Translations under genes and position numbers: made by a program | In this document: piece after piece, positions 8,623 to 15,293 of the stretch | Position numbering within the stretch: the first letter of the stretch is position 1 | How the letters are laid out: every line of letters starts with the position of its first letter | Source: a virus | Lineage: Duplodnaviria > Caudoviricetes | Virus record (IMG/VR): IMGVR_UViG_3300033569_000052 | Location: 1-25,978 of that record | DNA length: 25,978 bases | Strand: one strand, 5' to 3' | Notes under the pieces: model-generated | What the model saw: only the letters and a program-made list of their open reading frames with translations | Told to the model about the DNA's origin: nothing | The model's database searches: none

Positions 8623-8741
8623 GACATTTTCGGGTTATAGTATTGTTCATCAAATTCATCGCCCTTTAAAGCCAAAAACATAACCGGTGTCAGCATGATT
8701 CCGATAATGATAAGCGCGAATGATAGTATCGTGTTTTTCAT
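8619..8741 (-). CDS. 40-aa single-TM peptide (not in ORF track)
   Basis: MKNTILSFALIIIGIMLTPVMFLALKGDEFDEQYYNPKMS*. TAATG overlap with the upstream gene and ATGA overlap with the downstream gene. Confidence 0.6.
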   Translation of the reverse strand: MKNTILSFALIIIGIMLTPVMFLALKGDEFDEQYYNPKMS

Positions 8742-10759
8742 TAGTTATTGAGCTTTTGCCATGCGGAGCCATCATAACCCCACCAGCCCTTTGCTGTGAA
8801 TGTTCCATTTGTATCTGTTACATAAATCAAAAGCCCTTCAGCAGGTGATGATATTGCACTCCCTTGCGTTGCTGTCATTCTTGGAGGAAGGAAGCCCTGT
8901 GTCGTCGAAGCAATACTCACCTTTGCGCTTGCAGGTAATGCTTCTCCAATACTCAACCCGCTTGCATCGCCACCGGATGCATCTGTCAATCTCCAATTAG
9001 CTGATGCAACAGTCCAAGCAGGAAAAGAAGATGTAACCCCTCCACCGTTAATCCGTGTAAAACCAGTTGTGGCAGAGTTAAACATTGTAAAAACTCCATC
9101 CGAAGGTGAATGAAACCATCCTCTTGATCCAGAGGTCCCAAAACCATAATAGTAACTGGTGGCTCTAACCTCACCTGAACTTACAAATCCTGTTACTGTT
9201 ATATTATTGCCGACAGTCAGGTTTCTGCTTAGATATATATCTCTGGGTCGGGTCGCTCCGCTTGCGCCTATATCGTAAGTCGCATCCGTAAACAATAAAT
9301 TTCCGGTCAATGTGCCCCCTGTTAATGGTAGGTAAGTAGCTGCGGCCCGCTGCCTGGAAAGGATTGATGCCGAGGCTGTGTCAACAAGCAACGTACCTGT
9401 AGAAGTTATAGGACCACCACTCAAACCCAAACCGGTTGCGACGGAGGTGACCCCCGAGGCAATGGCCTGTCTCCTTACCCTATACCCGCCGAGCCATGTT
9501 GTTGAGGTCGTGTCGAGAACAAGTCCCCAGGTTTTGCCGGCGGTAATATCAACGCTGTCTTTATTCAACCCGAGTGTCCCCGACGGGTAAAAAGCGCCGG
9601 ACGTGAGGCCGATGTCTGCTGTATTTCTGCCGTTTTTAGCTCTTATTATCGGAGCAACGTCATTGGAATAATACCAGGCTGCATTTCCGGTACCGTTGCC
9701 TCCAAAAGTGAGCGGCCTGTAAAAAATAATGTTGCCGGTATAAACGGTGTCGTCTGTGGCGTCCCGACCGCCAAACTGCGCTATTTGCGCCATGTCCATT
9801 GCGCCAAATGAGGTGCCGTATATTGATAAATGCGCTCCTCGCCTTGCCGTTGTCCAGTTCTCGTCCGGCTCATTGTAAATGCCGGTTGCCGGGATGTATG
9901 AAGTGCCGTCATAACCGCCAAAATTGATACCTCCTATACTCGTTGTCTCATAGGCGCCGACCTGTACAGCCGTTGGCGAGGCTTGTGTCCCCCGGCTTCT
10001 GTAAAAATTCACATACGGTGCCCGAAAAGCCGCGTTATCGTGTGTGTAAAAATCAGCCGCAACCGCATACTTATTGTGAGTTTCTAAGATTGAGTAAAGG
10101 CCGCCAGTTCCGGTATTTGAGATCACTATGTTGGTGTCGGTCGAATTGCCCGCCCTTGCAACCTGGTTGAGTGTTGGAGTTGAAAAAGTTGGTATCGCTC
10201 TATGCCCGAAAAAGCCTGTTACCGTATCCTCTACAAGCATCAAATCTGAAGAGGAAGAGGATGAAGGGATATTGAGCGCATTGATATTAGCTGAAAAATA
10301 GGTGTTTGATGTAAATGTCTTTTGCCCCGAAAATGATTGGGTCCTGTTGGTTACATAGCCGCTGTCGGTGGCGCTGGCTTCTGTTATACGGATATTGGGG
10401 ATCACCGGCTGTAGCCCGCCGATGATAAGTGGTAGGGTGGCCGTTATCCCGGTAAGCGCCCCGGGGGTACCAAGACGGGCCTTTACCGTATCATGGTTAG
10501 CCCTGTACAGGAAAAGGGTATCGTTGCTCACTGATGCGCTGTCCAAGGCGTATGCAAACCTGGTACGCCCATCATTGAAGTTTAGCAGGAAGGCGCCGGT
10601 GCGGTTGCGGGTGCTGTTTTTAATTCGAAACTGGGTATTATTACCAGCGGAATTGCTACCGAATTCAATACTATCGGCGTTAATGATATAAGGCCGGAGT
10701 TGCGCATCTGCAGCAAAAGCGATGATAATAAAACCGAGTAGTAAGATTGTTTTTTTCAT
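8741..10759 (-). CDS. Fibre/adhesin-like protein with N-terminal signal peptide (672 aa)
   Basis: MKKTILLLGFIIIAFAADA|Q; Gly/Ser/Thr-rich. Fibre-type motifs GVTSVATGLGLSGGPITSTGTL and YLPLTGGTLTGNL; C-terminal GFLPPRMT...SPAEGLLIYVTD...WWGYDGSAW module. Confidence 0.75.
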   Translation of the reverse strand: MKKTILLLGFIIIAFAADAQLRPYIINADSIEFGSNSAGNNTQFRIKNSTRNRTGAFLLNFNDGRTRFAYALDSASVSNDTLFLYRANHDTVKARLGTPGALTGITATLPLIIGGLQPVIPNIRITEASATDSGYVTNRTQSFSGQKTFTSNTYFSANINALNIPSSSSSSDLMLVEDTVTGFFGHRAIPTFSTPTLNQVARAGNSTDTNIVISNTGTGGLYSILETHNKYAVAADFYTHDNAAFRAPYVNFYRSRGTQASPTAVQVGAYETTSIGGINFGGYDGTSYIPATGIYNEPDENWTTARRGAHLSIYGTSFGAMDMAQIAQFGGRDATDDTVYTGNIIFYRPLTFGGNGTGNAAWYYSNDVAPIIRAKNGRNTADIGLTSGAFYPSGTLGLNKDSVDITAGKTWGLVLDTTSTTWLGGYRVRRQAIASGVTSVATGLGLSGGPITSTGTLLVDTASASILSRQRAAATYLPLTGGTLTGNLLFTDATYDIGASGATRPRDIYLSRNLTVGNNITVTGFVSSGEVRATSYYYGFGTSGSRGWFHSPSDGVFTMFNSATTGFTRINGGGVTSSFPAWTVASANWRLTDASGGDASGLSIGEALPASAKVSIASTTQGFLPPRMTATQGSAISSPAEGLLIYVTDTNGTFTAKGWWGYDGSAWQKLNN

Positions 10760-10761
10760 GA

Positions 10762-11001
10762 TTACATTATTGCGATAAAGCCGCTAACAGGGCCGCCAAA
10801 ATTAAATGTCATGGTAATAAAGCCGGGCACTGGCGCATCGATCGTAGGCTGTACCGCAGTTTTATCGTACACATCGGTACCGGGCCGGGATAAGTAAACC
10901 TGGCTGGCGGGGAAAATGCCAAAACGGGCCGCCATGGGGGCAGACCATGTTATGGTTTTTACTGAAAGTCCGGCGAATGATATAATTTTTTTATCGGTCA
11001 T
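10762..11001 (-). CDS. 79-aa beta-rich protein, paralog of the C-terminal domain of the upstream gene
   Basis: Shares AARFG[IV]FP..[QE]VYL, VQP.[IV]D.P and FNFGG.V[ST]GFI with the last ~78 aa of the 269-aa protein. Confidence 0.8.
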   Translation of the reverse strand: MTDKKIISFAGLSVKTITWSAPMAARFGIFPASQVYLSRPGTDVYDKTAVQPTIDAPVPGFITMTFNFGGPVSGFIAIM

Positions 11002-11810
11002 TACTTGATAAGTATAAAGCCGGTTACGTTTCCACCGAAATTGAAATACATATTGGTGAAGCTTATGTTTGGTGGACCATCCACATAAGGCTGTACATCG
11101 GCTTTGTAATATGTGTTGGTATCGTCTTTCAGATAAACTTCAACCAAAGGAAAAACACCAAAGCGGGCGGCACGGGTGATTGTCCATAAAACAGTTTTAC
11201 TGCTTTCGTTTGTTATTTCAATGATCTCGGCATCATTTCCCGTGGCGCCACCACCACCGCCGCCGCCATCACAAGGATGCACCCAGCCGCTTTCATCGCC
11301 CTGGAACTCGGGGATCACCAGCGCCTTAAAGTTGCTTTCGCCGGTGAAGGCAAGTTTGCTCTTGGCGTTTTCATTGGATCCGGGGCCGGTGGAGAACTCG
11401 CTGTCAAAATCCATCGGGCTTTCCAGGCTGCCCAGCAGGAGGTAAAAACCTCCGGAGCGGAGCTTGGCCACCACCAGGTACTGGCCATAGGCCATATTCT
11501 CCAGGTTCACCCGTTGCTGCGGTACATCGCCCGGCGCCTGCGCCTGCACCTTCTGCTTGTAAAAAGGCATGCCAGCGAAGCTGTCCTGCGTTTCGGTGAA
11601 GCCCAGTTGAGCATCGGGCACTGGTACCGGGCCACGCCATACCTTGTCTGCCTTCAGCTCGGGCTCGGCCAGCAGGTACTGGTTAACAGGGTTGATGCCG
11701 GGGATATTATCTACCTCTTCAACGGGTATGTACCAGAACTTACAGATACCGCCCAGGTACGGAACTCCCTTATACAGGTTCTTGATACCGGTGTATGCGG
11801 TTTGCTGCAT
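11001..11810 (-). CDS. Two-domain late protein (tail-tube-like N-domain, poly-Gly linker, small beta domain; 269 aa)
   Basis: First gene after the putative late promoter; contains a GGGGGGG linker. The N-domain pattern loosely parallels the 181-aa tail tube protein. Confidence 0.6.
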   Translation of the reverse strand: MQQTAYTGIKNLYKGVPYLGGICKFWYIPVEEVDNIPGINPVNQYLLAEPELKADKVWRGPVPVPDAQLGFTETQDSFAGMPFYKQKVQAQAPGDVPQQRVNLENMAYGQYLVVAKLRSGGFYLLLGSLESPMDFDSEFSTGPGSNENAKSKLAFTGESNFKALVIPEFQGDESGWVHPCDGGGGGGGATGNDAEIIEITNESSKTVLWTITRAARFGVFPLVEVYLKDDTNTYYKADVQPYVDGPPNISFTNMYFNFGGNVTGFILIK

Positions 11811-11814
11811 GATG

Positions 11815-11857
11815 TGAAATTATTGCGGAGCATCGGGGCAAGGAAGGGCAAGAAAAG
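11815..11857 (-). promoter_or_regulatory. Putative late promoter of the fibre/lysis operon
   Basis: CTTTTCTTGCCCTT-N21-TAATTTCA-N4-ATG. The 14-mer is identical to 6729-6742, and both end 33 nt before a start codon. Confidence 0.6.
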
Positions 11858-11927
11858 ACGAAGAGGGTATCGGTGAAAAACTATGAATAAGGTGAGTTTT
11901 TTGCTATCGCTTTTTGGTTTAATCCTG

Positions 11928-12437
11928 TTAAGGTTTTGCAAAGGGCAATTCTGCCATATGTTTTCTTAAATATTTTAACCGCTTTTGTCTGCGCCGGTAT
12001 TCGGCAGAAACAAGCGCATCCATTGAAATATCTGTGTCTATTTCAATGCCGAATTTTTTGCAAAAATCTTCTATCCCCTGCCGGCGTTCCAATCCAACCA
12101 TCTGGTAGGCGTCGCAGAAATTACTCAGGTGCTCACTTAGCTGTATTTCAAAAAGGTTATTTATGATCACCGATTTGTCCTGCGGGATATCGATGCCGGT
12201 ACGGTACAACAGATCCTTTGGTACCAGAAGGCGAAGCTTATCGGTAAGCATATTATACCTGACCTGTGTATCCTTTTTGCTTTCCATCTTCTCGGCCCTT
12301 TTAGTCTGAAGCAGGCAGTACACATTCATGCCGATGAAAGTCTTGTAGTTTACCACGATCACCTGTCCGTACAGGCTATGGATGTACTTTTTGATGTAGG
12401 TCTTTACCGGGATGCTGATGGGGATGTATTGCTGCAT
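11928..12437 (-). CDS. Hypothetical DNA-binding protein, candidate late-gene activator (169 aa)
   Basis: Last gene of the early operon before the late promoter. N-terminal strand-helix pattern (ISIPVKTYIKKYI) and basic C-terminal helix (YRRRQKR). Function is an inference. Confidence 0.5.
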   Translation of the reverse strand: MQQYIPISIPVKTYIKKYIHSLYGQVIVVNYKTFIGMNVYCLLQTKRAEKMESKKDTQVRYNMLTDKLRLLVPKDLLYRTGIDIPQDKSVIINNLFEIQLSEHLSNFCDAYQMVGLERRQGIEDFCKKFGIEIDTDISMDALVSAEYRRRQKRLKYLRKHMAELPFAKP

Positions 12438-12664
12438 GGGTCAGTGGTTTTAGTTTCTTCGGGATTGAGTACTTTATGGCGGTTGATCCAGGCATCGGCC
12501 TTTCCTTCCCAATAACGCATGTTCGCCCGGTTCTGCGAACCGAACCAGGTCTGCCACTTTTTGGTAGTATCACGCAGGCCGGTCATGATGGCGGCCAGCT
12601 CCTTCAGTTCCTGCTCAACTTCTTCGGCTGTTTCGGCTTTTATGTGGATGTGGTAGGTGCGCAT
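12404..12664 (-). CDS. Hypothetical protein (86 aa)
   Basis: Co-oriented ORF tiling between DUF5131 and the 169-aa gene. Confidence 0.6.
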   Translation of the reverse strand: MRTYHIHIKAETAEEVEQELKELAAIMTGLRDTTKKWQTWFGSQNRANMRYWEGKADAWINRHKVLNPEETKTTDPCSNTSPSASR

Positions 12665-12675
12665 GGGGTGATGAT

Positions 12676-13419
12676 TTATTTGGGGAACTGGCGGATCTGA
12701 AGGGTAGGCGGGAATTCATCAATGTTGCCGCCATGCCTGTCGCTCATATTTAGTTGCTTTGCTAAATAGGTGCCCATTTGTTTGACAAATATTGAAGTGG
12801 TTGGCGTAAGGTCTTTTACCAGTTCTTCCATCCATTCAACCCGGCATGGCCGGTATCGATATTTACCCGTTTCGTTGCCACTCTCGCCGCCGATGATGGC
12901 CCAATGAATTTTAACCAGGTCGGTAATATCCAGGTTCATGTCGATCCTTTCGTGGAGCGGTTCAAATGAAATGAACCTTGTTTTGCAATCAACATTTACC
13001 AGGTCACGGATGCGCTGCATCCCTTTTGGAGAACCTACACTGGTGCCGAACCATATATTATCAGCCTGCAGCAGATCGGCGGGTGTATTTGCGGTAATCC
13101 TTTCGGGGCGCTTTGTGAGTATCTGGAAAGTGTGATGCGGGCATTGGCGAATAATATCCCAGGCTTCATTCCTGTATGCGTCAATATCCTCATGGTAGAA
13201 GTCGGTGAGAGAGCAGGTGAATATTTTTGAAGGCTCCTTCAGTTTTAAGGGTAGGTTGAAAACGGTTTTTGTTCTTACTACATTCTTCGGGTTGTACCGT
13301 GTAGCATCAAAGCTGTCGCGGTACATATAGCAGAACTTGCAGTCTTCGTCCACCTTTGTGCACCCCCGGGCAATGTTCCAGGTGGCGTCTGTCCATTGAA
13401 TGTTGCTTTTTTGTGACAT
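12676..13419 (-). CDS. DUF5131 / phage Gp37Gp68 family protein
   Basis: IQWTDATWN..GCTKVDEDCKFCY three-Cys motif, FQILTKRPERI, RFISFEPL, WAIIGGESG and FVKQMG. Confidence 0.9.
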   Translation of the reverse strand: MSQKSNIQWTDATWNIARGCTKVDEDCKFCYMYRDSFDATRYNPKNVVRTKTVFNLPLKLKEPSKIFTCSLTDFYHEDIDAYRNEAWDIIRQCPHHTFQILTKRPERITANTPADLLQADNIWFGTSVGSPKGMQRIRDLVNVDCKTRFISFEPLHERIDMNLDITDLVKIHWAIIGGESGNETGKYRYRPCRVEWMEELVKDLTPTTSIFVKQMGTYLAKQLNMSDRHGGNIDEFPPTLQIRQFPK

Positions 13420-13429
13420 CGGTTATTAT

Positions 13430-13732
13430 TTAGGTAAACTCAAAGCGTCCGTTATTCTTGATGATGGTAGTTTCAAAAGGGAAGCCACCTTCCGGTACCC
13501 GGTTTATCATATCGATAAGGTTTGCTGAGCCGGAAAAGACTACCCGCTTTTCATTGTCAAGCATGATCTGTAGATAAAGGCATTCACCACAGCCCTTTTC
13601 CGTGAACTTCGAATTCTCCACCCGGAAGGTTTCAACGATGATGGACTTATTGAGGATCCTGTCGATCTTGATCTTATCGCCTTCCAGGCTTTTGGTGGAT
13701 GGCTGTATGTTGAAGCTTTTAAAGTTGTGCAT
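13430..13732 (-). CDS. 100-aa beta-rich protein coupled to the RT; candidate DGR accessory factor
   Basis: Start overlaps the RT 3' end by 14 nt. Mainly beta-strand pattern (GDKIKIDRILNKSIIV, CLYLQI, RVVFSGS..L, FPFETTI), unlike the all-helical Avd. Confidence 0.75.
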   Translation of the reverse strand: MHNFKSFNIQPSTKSLEGDKIKIDRILNKSIIVETFRVENSKFTEKGCGECLYLQIMLDNEKRVVFSGSANLIDMINRVPEGGFPFETTIIKNNGRFEFT

Positions 13733-14684
13733 GTTGGGGTACGAGTTTATTGATCAGGCGCCTGCAGTTGGCATGCTGTGCCCATCCCATATAGGATGCA
13801 ATGGATGCTTTTCCGGCACCGACAGCTACTTTACGGGCGAAATTCTGTTTAATGCTTTTGCGCAGGCGTGTGTGCGTGTGGTAGAATACATAGCCCACAA
13901 AGTCGATGCCCCGGCTGGCCACCGGAAATACCTGGTAATTTGGTTTCACCTGCAGCTTCAGGGTGGAATTCAAATAGTCGCTGATCTCAATAAGCAACTG
14001 GTGCAGCTCTTCTTTGCTGGAAGAAAGGATCACCAGGTCATCGGCATAGCGGTAGTAATGCCGGATGCCTTTTGTTTCCTTGATCCAGTGGTCAAAATTT
14101 GACAAGTAGAAATTCGCCAGGTACTGGCTGAGATAGTTACCGATCGGGAGGCCGGGTGCGCTGTCAATGATCTCATCCAACAATGCCAGCAGCCGGGGAT
14201 CTTTGAATTTCCGGCGAAGCAGGGCCTTAAGGATATCATGGTCAACACTGGGATAGAACTTAATGATGTCCAGTTTCAGGCAGTACCGGGTGGCTGGTTC
14301 GTTTTTAAGCGCCTTCCGGATGGACCGTGCAGCCGCATGGATCCCCTTGCCCTTTATGCAACTGTAAGTATCGGCCGTGAAGTTGGAAACAAAGATTGGC
14401 TCCAGCAGGTTCATGATAGCATGGTGTGCAATGCGATCGGGGAAGTAAGGCAACCTATAAACCAGCCGCTCTTTCGGCTCAAATACCTTGAATGTTGAGT
14501 AGGATGATGTTTTATAGGTACTGGTGGAAAGCTGGTGGTGCAGCTCAGCCATGTTCTTTTCCCTGTTACGGATATGCAACTGCACTCCATACTGATCTGT
14601 CTTACCCTTCATGGCCTTTGCATCGGCCAGGGCAAGGTTGCCCGGGTGGATGATCTGTTCAAATATGTTGTTTAATCGTTTCAT
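13719..14684 (-). CDS. DGR-type reverse transcriptase (~321 aa)
   Basis: PKERLV..LPYFPDRIAHHAI, LKLDIIKFYPSVDH, GLPIGNYLSQ (DGR [I/L/V]GxxxSQ signature), RYADD and IDFVGY. No maturase or endonuclease domain. Start set at ATG 14684 (MKRLNN). Confidence 0.95.
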   Translation of the reverse strand: MKRLNNIFEQIIHPGNLALADAKAMKGKTDQYGVQLHIRNREKNMAELHHQLSTSTYKTSSYSTFKVFEPKERLVYRLPYFPDRIAHHAIMNLLEPIFVSNFTADTYSCIKGKGIHAAARSIRKALKNEPATRYCLKLDIIKFYPSVDHDILKALLRRKFKDPRLLALLDEIIDSAPGLPIGNYLSQYLANFYLSNFDHWIKETKGIRHYYRYADDLVILSSSKEELHQLLIEISDYLNSTLKLQVKPNYQVFPVASRGIDFVGYVFYHTHTRLRKSIKQNFARKVAVGAGKASIASYMGWAQHANCRRLINKLVPQHAQL

Positions 14685-14784
14685 GCTTTGCTGTTTAAAG
14701 GGTCTTCTTCGCAAGGCTACCAAAGCCCCTTCTTTTACTTTTTATTTTTTGGCCAGTGCCAGGGTTTACGCCGCGGTAAAAACT

Positions 14785-14853
14785 GCAATGCTGGGAGCTG
14801 ACATTCGTATTCGTGTTCCAGTTATCGGCATCGTTGAACGACAGGCCGGAGGC
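14785..14853 (-). repeat. DGR template repeat (TR), 69 nt, 17 adenines
   Basis: GCCTCCGGCCTGTCGTTCAACGATGCCGATAACTGGAACACGAATACGAATGTCAGCTCCCAGCATTGC. Intergenic, five AAY codons, differs from both VRs only at A positions. Confidence 0.95.
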
Positions 14854-14897
14854 CGCCACGGACAAACCACAACCCTTGCAGCGTACAACCCATTTAC

Positions 14898-15287
14898 TTA
14901 ATCTGCCGCAAGCATCAGGGCCTCTTCGTACAGATCCAGGAAATGCTCAGCGGCGTACTCACACAGCTCTCTTGACTTAAAGCAAAGCCGGGAGCCGACA
15001 CCCGTATACGCGGACCAGCTATCGGCACCGTCGAACGACAGGCCGGAGGCCGTTTTTCCGTTCTTGCTTATAGAAGTGACCGTCCACCATGGTTCATATT
15101 TCCATTCATTGTGGTCACTGTAATCCGGCTTCCATCCTTCATTCAATGCTTCGGCGATCACCCCCAGTTTATACATGGCGATGGTGGCACCTTGGTGCTT
15201 TACCGGAAGGTTTTCAACCACCGGCAGATTTGGTTCGATGCCCAGCTTCTTGCAGGCATCTTCGAAAGTTTTGATTTTTGGCTTCAT
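14898..15287 (-). CDS. DGR target protein 1 (129 aa)
   Basis: Contains VR1; paralog of 15294-15779 (IKTFEDAC..LG, EALN, W.PD, GSRLCFK..EL.EYA). Confidence 0.92.
   Translation of the reverse strand: MKPKIKTFEDACKKLGIEPNLPVVENLPVKHQGATIAMYKLGVIAEALNEGWKPDYSDHNEWKYEPWWTVTSISKNGKTASGLSFDGADSWSAYTGVGSRLCFKSRELCEYAAEHFLDLYEEALMLAAD
14982..15050 (-). repeat. DGR variable repeat VR1
   Basis: Ungapped 69-nt match to TR with 12 mismatches, all at TR adenines. Encodes ASGLSFDGADSWSAYTGVGSRLC. Confidence 0.95.
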
Positions 15288-15293
15288 GTCTGT

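Noticed and set aside
8741-10759. Fibre-like gene as a third DGR target
   Set aside because: No segment matching TR, or the ASGLSF...GSRLC peptide, was found by eye in this or other genes in the window. Targets outside the window cannot be excluded.
13719-14723. RT as a group II intron, retron or Abi RT
   Set aside because: No maturase/endonuclease domain, intron domain V or retron VTG motif is seen. The IGxxxSQ signature and adjacent TR/VR pairs identify a DGR RT. The 13-aa extension from TTG 14723 probably belongs to the TR spacer.
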